64,000 bases of DNA from a virus (taxonomy: Duplodnaviria > Caudoviricetes): the IMG/VR virus record IMGVR_UViG_2595698595_000001, positions 1 to 64,000 of that record. One strand, given 5' to 3'. Each line of letters begins with the position of its first letter. Position 1 is the stretch's first letter. The notes under the pieces are model-generated. The model was not told the origin of the DNA. It did no database searches and saw only the letters and a program-made list of their open reading frames with translations. Made by a program: the position numbers and the translations under genes. Of this stretch, positions 18,772 to 28,393 are shown one piece after another.

Positions 18772-19599
18772 ATGGCAAAGAAACAAGAAAAAGCTGATGA
18801 GATTAAATCAATTGATGGATTGATGAGCACATTCAAAACTAGAGTTCCAAAGGAATTCATTCAACTTTTTGATGAAGTTTTATCGGTTGAAAGAGCTGGT
18901 AATTTATTCAGTCCTCTGTCTAAGATTAATTTTCCTGAGTTCTTAGAACAGTACGAAATGGGTAGTGGTGCATCATTGATTACATCAAGATACAGAGGTT
19001 ACAATCAGAATCAAGCGGTTGAGATTATTCGATATCTTACTTTCATCAAAAGTAAGCAACTTGATATCGAATTCAAAAATGCTAACAAACTTCACTGGTT
19101 ACTAGGAATGATATCGGATTTACGTGAACTTGAATTCAGTAATTCAGATGTAAATTTCGTTGAAGAACTAGGTGATGTATTATTCTTTATGCTTTCTTAT
19201 GCTATGGAATACAATGCACATTGGACTATTATTTCTGGTCTTATGCGACCTAATCCTAGAACTGTTGAATTGCAGTTAACATTCGATCAAGCTTACAGGG
19301 AATTGGCTAATTTATCTGATATCGAAAAAGGTCTTTTGACTTCAGGTAAACCTGGAAACTATTACGATGTATTTTCAGGATTAGTATCGATTTCTAGCTT
19401 AATCATCGAATGTTTACATGCTATGACGAAATCTGAAAATATCCCTGTTGTTACATTACATGAAGCTCTTTCATTAGTAATTGTAACTAACATGGAAAAA
19501 CTCGGATATCGTTACAAAAATTCTTACAACGCTGATGAAGACATTCAACGTAATACCGTAACAGAGGAATCTGTTATGAGTAAAGAAATCTCAAAATAA
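18772..19599 (+). CDS. MazG-like all-alpha NTP pyrophosphohydrolase
   Basis: EELGDVLFF and NMEKLGYRY motifs. Confidence 0.75.
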   Translation: MAKKQEKADEIKSIDGLMSTFKTRVPKEFIQLFDEVLSVERAGNLFSPLSKINFPEFLEQYEMGSGASLITSRYRGYNQNQAVEIIRYLTFIKSKQLDIEFKNANKLHWLLGMISDLRELEFSNSDVNFVEELGDVLFFMLSYAMEYNAHWTIISGLMRPNPRTVELQLTFDQAYRELANLSDIEKGLLTSGKPGNYYDVFSGLVSISSLIIECLHAMTKSENIPVVTLHEALSLVIVTNMEKLGYRYKNSYNADEDIQRNTVTEESVMSKEISK

Positions 19600-19625
19600 G
19601 AAACCTTTGTTAAATTAATAGTGCT

Positions 19626-19655
19626 AAACGTATCGATAGAAATATCGATACGTTT
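19626..19655 (+). terminator. Hairpin, probable terminator
   Basis: AAACGTATCGATA-GAAA-TATCGATACGTTT. Confidence 0.7.
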
Positions 19656-19674
19656 CTAATCTTATCTGTAAACT

Positions 19675-20238
19675 ATGGAAAATCTAACAATTGAACATAT
19701 ATGTAATCTAATCCCTTACGAAACTTTAGTGTTCAATAAAAATCACCATTCCGATTATACTGGAATCAAATACGCTAAACTAAATGGATGCTATCCATTA
19801 TACAAAGATGGTGAACCATCATGGCATTATACTACGGATTCAAATTCTACGGGTGCTAGTCTAAAGGATTGTAAACCGATTCTAATAAGTCCATACGGAT
19901 TATCATTTAACAATTTAAATGGATTATATTTAGAAGAACATTTAGATAAATCTGAAATATCTGAATGGTCTTACATATATGACCGCATACAAGTTAAATG
20001 GAAGGAAGTAACATCAGCTCCAATTATTGTAGATTCTAGATTAGCTATCAAAGTTATTACTACAGTAATCAATTCTCTCGGTATTGAAAGAATTAGAATC
20101 GCTAGAAAACTACACATCGATTTAGATGATCTGATAACAAAAAGTTTAGCGATAGACCTAAACGATTTATCAGAGTTTCAAGACTTCAGAGAGTTCTATA
20201 GAAAAACATACAATCGTAAAGACTTTAAAGACTTGTAA
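19675..20238 (+). CDS. Hypothetical protein
   Basis: 187-aa ORF. Confidence 0.6.
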   Translation: MENLTIEHICNLIPYETLVFNKNHHSDYTGIKYAKLNGCYPLYKDGEPSWHYTTDSNSTGASLKDCKPILISPYGLSFNNLNGLYLEEHLDKSEISEWSYIYDRIQVKWKEVTSAPIIVDSRLAIKVITTVINSLGIERIRIARKLHIDLDDLITKSLAIDLNDLSEFQDFREFYRKTYNRKDFKDL

Positions 20239-20239
20239 C

Positions 20240-20791
20240 ATGTCAATAACTAAAAACACTTGGTCAAGACATCCGAAATCGTCAACAACTAATTACGAAT
20301 TCTCTAGTCAAGGCGATAAACGATTCTCACCTTTATTTGCAAAACTTAGAGACGGTAGGACTATCGAACAAGCATACCAATTAGACGTAAAAGGTCATAG
20401 AATTAGAACCAATGATTGGTTACTAGCTAAAGGTAAACCACCTTTAAACGATAAAACTGTAGCTCAACTTTATTCTGAATTCAAAGAATTAGTTATTCGT
20501 TTCTTGAAAGAAAACATGAAACTGTTAAAAGAATTCATAGAGATAGCTAAACGACATGAAAACTTTATTGATAGATTCGCAACAACTGAAATCAATCAAG
20601 CTAGAGCTTACAGTGAAATTGCTAACGAATTACGTAATGGTTCATTAACAATAGAATTAGAACCAGAACCTGAGGACTTATATGAAGCTACAAGAACATA
20701 TGAAAGATGTGTTATCTGTAATATGGAAACGAATTTGTGGCATAAAGAAACTAATACACCTATCTGCGAATTCTGTGCAGTTTTAACATAA
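20240..20791 (+). CDS. Conserved phage protein with C-terminal Cys4 zinc finger
   Basis: YEFSSQGDKRFSPLFAKLRDGRTIEQAYQ motif; CVIC...CEFC. Confidence 0.6.
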   Translation: MSITKNTWSRHPKSSTTNYEFSSQGDKRFSPLFAKLRDGRTIEQAYQLDVKGHRIRTNDWLLAKGKPPLNDKTVAQLYSEFKELVIRFLKENMKLLKEFIEIAKRHENFIDRFATTEINQARAYSEIANELRNGSLTIELEPEPEDLYEATRTYERCVICNMETNLWHKETNTPICEFCAVLT

Positions 20792-20798
20792 TAACGAT

Positions 20799-21047
20799 AT
20801 GATACATTTACCAAATGAAAGTTTCGATGAAACTGGATTATACTCATTACTTAAACGATTAGTTGAAAGTTTCAAAAGTTTAGAAGGTTGCGATGAGATA
20901 CCAGTATTGAAACTTAAAGTTAGTTTGTCTGAATCTGTTAAAGACTTAGCTAAAAACATAATTAGCTTCTATAATAACGATTTGAAAATAGTTAATAGAA
21001 CTAAAGAATACGTTGAATCTAATCTGAAACTGTTTTCATTCTATTAG
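20799..21047 (+). CDS. Hypothetical protein
   Basis: 82-aa ORF. Confidence 0.55.
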   Translation: MIHLPNESFDETGLYSLLKRLVESFKSLEGCDEIPVLKLKVSLSESVKDLAKNIISFYNNDLKIVNRTKEYVESNLKLFSFY

Positions 21048-21053
21048 TATAAT
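21024..21053 (+). promoter_or_regulatory. Class A promoter (CTGAAAC-N17-TATAAT)
   Basis: Exact match, embedded in end of upstream ORF. Confidence 0.75.
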
Positions 21054-21085
21054 ATTCTTATCTGTTACTTATTTATTTTTAAACT

Positions 21086-21619
21086 ATGACTAATTCATTT
21101 TTCTTAGCTAATGTAAAAATAGCCGAAAGTGTATCTTACGACATGCAAATAATGGCTAACGGTTCGATAATCGAATTCAATGATTTCGATAGATATAAAA
21201 TCCTATCATCTAAAATAGATGCAGTAAATAAAACTGCTATCTATAATATAGAGCTATATCATGAACCTAACATTTTCAAAATTCATAATGCGAAATTAAT
21301 AGAAAGAACATTTGAAGCTAAATCCGAAATAAGGTTTTTCGTTCATACACAAAAGGCTATTAATAATGGCTGTCCAAATGATAGAATCTTTTTGACAGTA
21401 TCGGAAGAATCAGGCTTTTTCGTAGCATGGAAATTGCAATTTAAAAATGGTCTATTGTCATTCGGTGATCATTCGTTTAATGGAAAATATTCTTTAGATG
21501 AAGCTATAATTAAGGGTAAAACTTGGAATTCTAAGGATTATCCAACAGCTCACTTCAAAAAAGATTCTTTCTATAAAGAAATATCATTGGAATCTGTTAA
21601 AAAATTAATATCATGTTAA
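21086..21619 (+). CDS. Hypothetical protein
   Basis: 177-aa ORF. Confidence 0.6.
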   Translation: MTNSFFLANVKIAESVSYDMQIMANGSIIEFNDFDRYKILSSKIDAVNKTAIYNIELYHEPNIFKIHNAKLIERTFEAKSEIRFFVHTQKAINNGCPNDRIFLTVSEESGFFVAWKLQFKNGLLSFGDHSFNGKYSLDEAIIKGKTWNSKDYPTAHFKKDSFYKEISLESVKKLISC

Positions 21620-21909
21620 TCCTATTAAACGCTTCAATTTCTGCATTAACTGCAGCACTTCTTGTTTCGAAATCTGATCCTAATAACGAAATCGATAGAT
21701 ACTTTACTTTGGGTATATTGTTAGTTCTATTAGCTACATTGATTTGGGCTTGTGTCGATTTCTATAATCTGGAAAGATCGTTTAGAAAACAGTCCAATCG
21801 TTTAGCTGAACTCCGTAAACCTTATTTATTACAAAAGGACGTAAAGATTGATGAAAAAGAAATTCAGGAAGCTAATAACAGAATTCAAAAGTTTCTAAAA
21901 AGTAAATAA
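21613..21909 (+). CDS. Small membrane protein
   Basis: Two hydrophobic segments and charged tail. Confidence 0.6.
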   Translation: MLILLNASISALTAALLVSKSDPNNEIDRYFTLGILLVLLATLIWACVDFYNLERSFRKQSNRLAELRKPYLLQKDVKIDEKEIQEANNRIQKFLKSK

Positions 21910-21910
21910 T

Positions 21911-22525
21911 ATGGGATGTCATACTTGGTTCTACGTACTCCATAAAACGTTAAACAATAAGAAAGCTATTACAGAATTAGCTTTGAATAACTGTCAAAAG
22001 AATATCAAAAGTGTAAATATCTATGCTGATTCTATTACTGAGTTCATGGAAGAAGGTGATAGTCCTGAAAATGCACATTTGAAAGCTCTACGTAGATATT
22101 GGGACAGTTTTAAATCGACAGAAAATTCTGTAGAAATATCAGATGAAGAATTGTTAGATTTCTATGATAGTATTAATCTATTCGAGGAATACGCTTATCT
22201 GATCGAATCTAAAACAAAAATCGAAGAAGGTGATTATGATACGATCATGGATTTTTGTTTCGACTATGTCCAAGATTACGAAAGAAAAACTTGGCAGTTA
22301 TACGTTCAAGATACAACTATGAGCAATGAACCAAGAGTTGCAAACTATCCACCAATAATCATACGTTCATTTCAGCAGTTTAAGAATTGTTTCAATAACG
22401 GTGTAAAGGATCAAGATGGTAAGATTCAACAATTTAGATACAATGAAGAACGTTTGGATAGATTTATGAATCAGATAGAACAATTTTTTAAGGACAATCC
22501 GAAAGGACTAATGACATTTGGATAA
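21911..22525 (+). CDS. Hypothetical phage protein
   Basis: MGCHTWFY start and GLMTFG end, pattern seen in phage hypothetical families. Confidence 0.6.
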   Translation: MGCHTWFYVLHKTLNNKKAITELALNNCQKNIKSVNIYADSITEFMEEGDSPENAHLKALRRYWDSFKSTENSVEISDEELLDFYDSINLFEEYAYLIESKTKIEEGDYDTIMDFCFDYVQDYERKTWQLYVQDTTMSNEPRVANYPPIIIRSFQQFKNCFNNGVKDQDGKIQQFRYNEERLDRFMNQIEQFFKDNPKGLMTFG

Positions 22526-22919
22526 CATGAAAAAGAAAAAGAAAACTCTAAAATTCTATAGGACTCCATCTTATGACAATCCTACAAGTTTCTATGTAGG
22601 TAACTATACTCTTAGCAATAATCCATTTGAAGGAGTTAATAGATTGATATATGACGATGTCAGAGGATTGAGGTTCGAATTAGATTCGTTAGAAACTAAA
22701 GAAAGCTTTGAAAAACTATTACAAGAGATTGTTGATATTAAATCTAAGGAATTGCATTTTTATCATCTGTCAATACTTACACATAAGACTACGAATACTG
22801 TTGAAGTAATTACTAGATGGATAGCTGATGAATTAAGAATTAAAGCAGTTAAAAGTGTCTTACGAAGATTGGGTAAGTACGAAATCGAAATTATAGAAAA
22901 GGTTCCTAATCAAATCTAA
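22518..22919 (+). CDS. Hypothetical protein
   Basis: 133-aa ORF. Confidence 0.55.
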   Translation: MDNMKKKKKTLKFYRTPSYDNPTSFYVGNYTLSNNPFEGVNRLIYDDVRGLRFELDSLETKESFEKLLQEIVDIKSKELHFYHLSILTHKTTNTVEVITRWIADELRIKAVKSVLRRLGKYEIEIIEKVPNQI

Positions 22920-22924
22920 TTACA

Positions 22925-23725
22925 ATGAAATTCATCAAAGTAAAACATAACAGTAGATTCTGTAAAGAACATTCAACTCCAGATTCTTGGAAACTTATCT
23001 TAACAGAACATTCAGATTATCTGTCATATCGTGAGATGTCTGAACGTAGAGAAATTCAATCTTTCTTACAAGCCCCTTGGTCTGATCGTGAATTATCACA
23101 CGCTTCTGATAGTACATGTAAGAAGAAAATGATGATAAAAATCATAGCTGAATCTCGTGGAATATCTTTGATTGAAGCTTTGACTGTTACGTTAGAATCA
23201 AAATACGAAACTATTAAAAGTATGATAGAATACGGTAAGTCAGTTTTAGTAAACGAAACTGGTTCGTATTCTGACATGGATTCTTATTTTGATATACATG
23301 AATGTGAGATAGTGAAAACATTAGAATCTGAAGGTATTGTATTTCCAGTAAATGATAGTTTCGATCCTTTAAATAATGAATCAATTCTTTTAGAAAATCA
23401 TGAAAGAACTGAACGTTCTGAATCCGGTTTAGCTAGAAGATTTGATGAATATTTCAAATGTGAAGTTCCAGAAGATTTAGGTCTTATATTCGATTTAAGA
23501 AATCGTGACAGGGAATGGTTATTACGTTCTATCATGAATTCGAAAAATATCTACACTTCCACAACAGCTCAAGATTTCAAACAAATTACAGATTTGTACA
23601 ATCAACTTAAAGAACTTAGAGTTTCCGATAAGACTTTACATATTTGCGTACATGGTAGTAACGCTAAGAAGAAAATCGAAGAATTGTTTGAGAACGAAGT
23701 TTATAACAAAGTAATCATTTACTAG
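22925..23725 (+). CDS. Hypothetical protein
   Basis: 266-aa ORF. Confidence 0.6.
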   Translation: MKFIKVKHNSRFCKEHSTPDSWKLILTEHSDYLSYREMSERREIQSFLQAPWSDRELSHASDSTCKKKMMIKIIAESRGISLIEALTVTLESKYETIKSMIEYGKSVLVNETGSYSDMDSYFDIHECEIVKTLESEGIVFPVNDSFDPLNNESILLENHERTERSESGLARRFDEYFKCEVPEDLGLIFDLRNRDREWLLRSIMNSKNIYTSTTAQDFKQITDLYNQLKELRVSDKTLHICVHGSNAKKKIEELFENEVYNKVIIY

Positions 23726-23727
23726 AA

Positions 23728-24102
23728 ATGACTGAAAGAAAAACTTTTACGAAATGGATCGAAGATTCTAGAAATGAATTATCGTCAACATTCGAACATA
23801 TAAATAATTCTATCGTTTTGTATCATAGAAATAAAATTTGGGCTATCAAATATGTAGGCATGCTAAGTTTCAAAGATAGTGATGTTACATTCGAAATATA
23901 CAAATATGGTTCACATAAACATATGGAAGCGTTTAGTGTTAATTCTTCTATCATTGGTGAGATATACGAATTCGACAATCCTAAAAGGGAATGTATCAAA
24001 ATAGAATTTACTTATGAAAGATTTATCGAAAGATTGAAATTGATAGTGGATTATTTGATAGACTATTGTAAAAATTCTAGTAAAGTTAGGTACTATTATT
24101 AA
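23728..24102 (+). CDS. Hypothetical protein
   Basis: 124-aa ORF. Confidence 0.55.
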   Translation: MTERKTFTKWIEDSRNELSSTFEHINNSIVLYHRNKIWAIKYVGMLSFKDSDVTFEIYKYGSHKHMEAFSVNSSIIGEIYEFDNPKRECIKIEFTYERFIERLKLIVDYLIDYCKNSSKVRYYY

Positions 24103-24112
24103 AAGAAATTAT

Positions 24113-25054
24113 ATGAAAGCAGAGAAGTTAACGAACGAACATCACAGCTATATGCGTATGGCTAAAACTTGGGCTGATGATCAATCCTATGCTAAACGTA
24201 GAAAGGTTGGAGCTTTAGTTGTAAAGGATGGTCAGATTTTATCACATGGTCATAATGGAACTATTTCAGGTTTCAATAATGCATGCGAAGATGAAACTGA
24301 GCAAACTTATAATGAACATGTTTTACATGCTGAATCTAACACATTGATGAAATTGGCTAGAAATGGTGGTAACGGTTCTAACGGTGCTATTATGTATTGT
24401 ACTGACACTCCTTGTGTAAACTGTGCTAAACTAATCAAACAGTCTGGAATCAAAACTTTCTATTACGAAAGAGAATACTGGGATTTGTCAGGTTTAGATT
24501 TACTATTAATGTCAGGTGTTGAAGTAATTAGAATCGATTCTTCTACAGGTCTATTACATAAATTGGACCTTAAGGATGACGCTTCATATTTCAGGAAAGA
24601 AAATCTTGGATTAGTACATAAAATGGATAGAACTATCGAGGAGCTTTTCATGAAACTTAACGATTTCTGGGGACCTAAGTATTATGGGAAACTTACTAAC
24701 GGACCTACTGATGTACTTTTGAAACGTAATAAAATCGTTATTAAAATAGCTCTTAAGAAAGACGCTCCAAAGGAAATACATGATGTAACTGACGAAGATT
24801 TCATATCAACTATGAATTCGTTTAATCTTGATACAATGTTCGTTGACGAATCCGGTAATGTTTCAGATGAACGTTCTGATTATCGATCAATAGTAATAAA
24901 CGTAACAACTAAAGACTATTGGGATAGATACGAAAGAGATACTCTATTCTATGGTTATAAACTATCTGATATAGCTTATATCAAATTCGAACCTTTGAAC
25001 CCGGAACCAGCTGTTAAAGTGAATAGTCATGAAGATGTAGAAATTCATTTGTAA
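24113..25054 (+). CDS. dCMP deaminase with C-terminal extension
   Basis: RRKVGALVVKD, HAESN and PCVNC zinc motifs; ~170 extra C-terminal residues. Confidence 0.9.
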   Translation: MKAEKLTNEHHSYMRMAKTWADDQSYAKRRKVGALVVKDGQILSHGHNGTISGFNNACEDETEQTYNEHVLHAESNTLMKLARNGGNGSNGAIMYCTDTPCVNCAKLIKQSGIKTFYYEREYWDLSGLDLLLMSGVEVIRIDSSTGLLHKLDLKDDASYFRKENLGLVHKMDRTIEELFMKLNDFWGPKYYGKLTNGPTDVLLKRNKIVIKIALKKDAPKEIHDVTDEDFISTMNSFNLDTMFVDESGNVSDERSDYRSIVINVTTKDYWDRYERDTLFYGYKLSDIAYIKFEPLNPEPAVKVNSHEDVEIHL

Positions 25055-25057
25055 GGT

Positions 25058-25065
25058 TATACATA
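25058..25065 (+). promoter_or_regulatory. Putative late promoter TATACATA
   Basis: 4 nt upstream of ATG 25070. Confidence 0.6.
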
Positions 25066-25069
25066 TTAC

Positions 25070-25465
25070 ATGAAAACTCTAGTGGAAACGATAACAGATT
25101 CTAAGAAAGCTTTAAACATAATCGAAACTATTCTACTTTCTTATAGTAGAGGTATTATAACTGAAGATACTACATTTAATGCCGGTGCTTTAGTTAGAAA
25201 GGGTACAGCTTTATGGACTGGTATGCAATTACTTATCAAAACTTATGCTATTCATGGAACTAGAAAAGTTAAGAAATTACCGGAATCTAATCAAACTGAG
25301 TTAAGTATCGAAATTAAAATTCCCCATACGTTTTACTGGTATAAGATCGATAAGGAGGTTACTAAGAACAAAGTTTACAAACTTCTTTATACTACATTCT
25401 CAGAAAATACTAAGAAACGATATAATGATTCTGATGGATTTATAACCGTTGAAGAAATAAGATAA
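25070..25465 (+). CDS. Hypothetical protein, possible internal virion protein
   Basis: Late motif; MKTLVET leader. Confidence 0.55.
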   Translation: MKTLVETITDSKKALNIIETILLSYSRGIITEDTTFNAGALVRKGTALWTGMQLLIKTYAIHGTRKVKKLPESNQTELSIEIKIPHTFYWYKIDKEVTKNKVYKLLYTTFSENTKKRYNDSDGFITVEEIR

Positions 25466-25469
25466 ATCT

Positions 25470-25511
25470 AAACCCATGTAACTGAAACTTACATGGGTTT
25501 CGTAGTATAAT
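25470..25511 (+). promoter_or_regulatory. Hairpin-embedded class A promoter
   Basis: AAACCCATGTAA-CTGAAAC-TTACATGGGTTT then CGTAGTATAAT; 17-nt spacer. Confidence 0.85.
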
Positions 25512-25529
25512 TTAAAAAATATTACAATA

Positions 25530-26063
25530 ATGAAATCATTATATAACATGTTTCTAGACGCAATATCAGAAACTAAACTATTCGAACAAGCATTTAAACG
25601 TAAAGATTTACTTAAGAAATTACAGAACGAATCTGATATGATAGTATTACATTTGATTAAAATAGCAATACTAAAACATACTCATTCTGATACTGTTGAT
25701 CATTGGAAACGTGAAATATCATCAGTGTTTTCTAATAAGCTCAAAGCTGATACTAAATCTGGTAATTTGAAACATAATGATTTTTACGAAAATCTATATG
25801 ATACACCACATACGGATTCTAAAGGATTAATATCTTTAATGACGTTAGGAATGTTCAGGAATTTAATTGAGGACGATTACGAAGAATCTGATTTGTTCTT
25901 GACTGATTCGTATATTAACGATACCAATTTTATCAAAAGATTATCAAAACATCTTGAAACGTTTTACAATGAAGCTTCAAATGTGATGATAGACAAATCA
26001 AAAAGATTATCTATAAGATCGTATATACTAGATTTACTTAATAATTTCGAATCAAATTTTTAA
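25530..26063 (+). CDS. DUF29-like helical protein
   Basis: IVLHLIK...HWKREI motif. Confidence 0.55.
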   Translation: MKSLYNMFLDAISETKLFEQAFKRKDLLKKLQNESDMIVLHLIKIAILKHTHSDTVDHWKREISSVFSNKLKADTKSGNLKHNDFYENLYDTPHTDSKGLISLMTLGMFRNLIEDDYEESDLFLTDSYINDTNFIKRLSKHLETFYNEASNVMIDKSKRLSIRSYILDLLNNFESNF

Positions 26064-26067
26064 TAAC

Positions 26068-26277
26068 ATGAACAATATTCAATTCCTAAAAATCAACAAA
26101 ATCGTAGGGGTAAACGTAAATCAGAAAGTATTGAAATCGACAATACAAGTTTCAGAAATATCAGAAATAACAGAAATTACTAATACTGGTTACAGTAGAG
26201 TAAGAATACTTAAAACTAATGGTGAAAGTTTTATGTGTGAAAATGATTTTGATGAGTTATTTATGAAATTACCATAA
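26068..26277 (+). CDS. Small hypothetical protein
   Basis: 69-aa ORF. Confidence 0.55.
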   Translation: MNNIQFLKINKIVGVNVNQKVLKSTIQVSEISEITEITNTGYSRVRILKTNGESFMCENDFDELFMKLP

Positions 26278-26302
26278 TTTAATTAAAAATCGATAGTAAA
26301 AT

Positions 26303-26345
26303 AAACCCTTGGAAACTGAAACTTTCAAGGGTTTCGTAGTATAAT
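26303..26345 (+). promoter_or_regulatory. Hairpin-embedded class A promoter
   Basis: AAACCCTTGGAAA-CTGAAAC-TTTCAAGGGTTT then CGTAGTATAAT; 17-nt spacer. Confidence 0.85.
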
Positions 26346-26386
26346 TACTTTATAACAAAATAAAGTAATTTGATTCTTTCAGAATC

Positions 26387-26394
26387 TATACATA
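26387..26394 (+). promoter_or_regulatory. Putative late promoter TATACATA
   Basis: Exact motif upstream of topoisomerase large subunit. Confidence 0.5.
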
Positions 26395-26423
26395 CAATAT
26401 AATCAAAACTATTCATTTCAAAT

Positions 26424-28346
26424 ATGGCAAAACTTTCTAATGAAGAAATCTTAGACAAATACAGAATGAAGGATGAGATAGAACATATCTTAACTCGTTC
26501 TGAAATGTTTGTCGGTTCTAAAGCTCCAGAAACTAAAGTAACAAACATTATCAATTCTGAAGATAAAGTTGAATCTCAAAAAATCACATACATTCCAGCG
26601 GTTTTAAAAGTTATCGATGAGGTATTATCTAACTCAGTTGATGAATATCGTCGTAATATAGCTGGAACTTCTAATTCAGGTGTTACTAAAATCGATATCG
26701 AAATTAGGAGAAATGGTCATATAACAATTCAAGATAATGGAGGTATTCCAACGGATATTCACCCATTAACAGGACAACCAATTCCAGCTTTCTTATTTTC
26801 GAATCTACGTACATCAACAAACTATGATGATACTAAATCAAGAAACGTAACTGGTACAAATGGTGTTGGTGCTGTGTTAACAAATATCTTTTCAAATCGT
26901 TTCACTGTAAAAACTTCATTAAATCCAAAAGGTCAAACATATATCAAGACTTGGGAAAACAACCTTTCAGTAACTAAGGATGATGTATTCGAGAAATCTA
27001 AAGGATTTAAAGGTTCGATATTTGATTTCGAAATCGATATGAGTCGTTTCTCTTTGGATGAAAATCAAGAAGAGATTATTAACGATGAAGTGTTATCATT
27101 ATTCAAACGTCGTTGTATTGATGCTGCGGGTGCTAATCCAGGTTTAACTATATCTTTGAAAATCGAAGATTATGAGAGAACTTGGAAATTCAATTCGTTC
27201 AAAGATTATATCAGTACTTTCAGTGGTATCGATGCTTCAAAATTGATTGGTGAGAAAAACGATCAATGGGAAATTTACTATTATCCAAATGCTGATAAGG
27301 AAGCTTACGAGATTGGATTCGTAAATGGTGCTGAATGTAATATCGGTAGACATTTCGAAGTTGGTGTTGTTGAAGCTGTTGAAGCTTTAGGAAGACTTCT
27401 TAAACGTAATAAACTTACATGTGATTACAGACAATTCGTAAATCATTGTCATGTATTCATTAACATGAATGTTCCAAATCCAGTATATTCGAATCAAACA
27501 AAAGAAAAACTTTCAACAAAGGCTGACAAACTTACAGAAAAAGGAAGACCAGCTTTATCTCAAGGATTAAAACGTTTATTATGTGAATCCGAAATAATTC
27601 AACTTTTATTAGATTGGCATGAACAATCTAAGAAAGCTGGAGAACGTAAGAAACTTAGAGATTTAGCTAACGAACAAGCTAAGAAAGTTAAGGTTGCGAA
27701 ATTGGTAGATGCTAACGCTAAAACTAATCGTAACGAATGTGAACTTTGGGTTTTTGAAGGTGAATCTGCATCATCTGGTTTTAGAAATGCTCGTAATCCT
27801 GAAACACAAGCTAAATACGATTTGAAAGGAAAAGTAATGAATACTTTCGGTATGTCAAGACTTCAAATCTTTCAAAGAAACGTTGAATATCGTGATATGG
27901 TAACAGCGATTAACTTACCAATCGATAATTCAAAAATCGATTTCGAATCTTTACGATATGGTAAAATCATCATAACAACTGATATGGACGTTGATGGTGA
28001 TTCAATTGCTGCTCAGCTTATAAGTTTCTATTATCATAATTATCGTGAGTTATTAGAAGCTGGAATGATTTACAGAGCTATCGCACCGATTATCTCAGCT
28101 GAGAAAGATGGTGAAGTTAAATTGTTTTATTCTGTTAAAGAATTCAATGATTCTGGATTACGTGGTTGGTCAGTGAGATATTTAAAAGGTACTGGTTCTA
28201 TGACTTCCGATGAATATACAGAAATGATTCAGAACTCACATTTACAACAATTGAAAATCGATGGAGAAACTGGAAGAGTTCTTGAGGACTGGTTCTCAAA
28301 TGATATTTCAAGACGTAAGAAATATTTCGAAGATGAGTTGGCATAA
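26424..28346 (+). CDS. Type II DNA topoisomerase large subunit (GyrB-like; T4 gp39+gp60 fused)
   Basis: GHKL EVLSNSVDE, DNGGIP, GTNGVG; TOPRIM EGESA and DMDVDG; YLKGTG. Confidence 0.95.
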   Translation: MAKLSNEEILDKYRMKDEIEHILTRSEMFVGSKAPETKVTNIINSEDKVESQKITYIPAVLKVIDEVLSNSVDEYRRNIAGTSNSGVTKIDIEIRRNGHITIQDNGGIPTDIHPLTGQPIPAFLFSNLRTSTNYDDTKSRNVTGTNGVGAVLTNIFSNRFTVKTSLNPKGQTYIKTWENNLSVTKDDVFEKSKGFKGSIFDFEIDMSRFSLDENQEEIINDEVLSLFKRRCIDAAGANPGLTISLKIEDYERTWKFNSFKDYISTFSGIDASKLIGEKNDQWEIYYYPNADKEAYEIGFVNGAECNIGRHFEVGVVEAVEALGRLLKRNKLTCDYRQFVNHCHVFINMNVPNPVYSNQTKEKLSTKADKLTEKGRPALSQGLKRLLCESEIIQLLLDWHEQSKKAGERKKLRDLANEQAKKVKVAKLVDANAKTNRNECELWVFEGESASSGFRNARNPETQAKYDLKGKVMNTFGMSRLQIFQRNVEYRDMVTAINLPIDNSKIDFESLRYGKIIITTDMDVDGDSIAAQLISFYYHNYRELLEAGMIYRAIAPIISAEKDGEVKLFYSVKEFNDSGLRGWSVRYLKGTGSMTSDEYTEMIQNSHLQQLKIDGETGRVLEDWFSNDISRRKKYFEDELA

Positions 28347-28360
28347 CTCATCTTCGTTTT
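28328..28360 (+). terminator. Terminator overlapping stop codon
   Basis: CGAAGATGAGTT/AACTCATCTTCG then TTTT. Confidence 0.7.
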
Positions 28361-28393
28361 AATACATATTTTATAAGCTATAAGACCAACAAA

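Noticed and set aside
26424-28346. T4 gene 60-type translational bypass or split subunit
   Set aside because: ATPase and TOPRIM regions lie in one continuous ORF.
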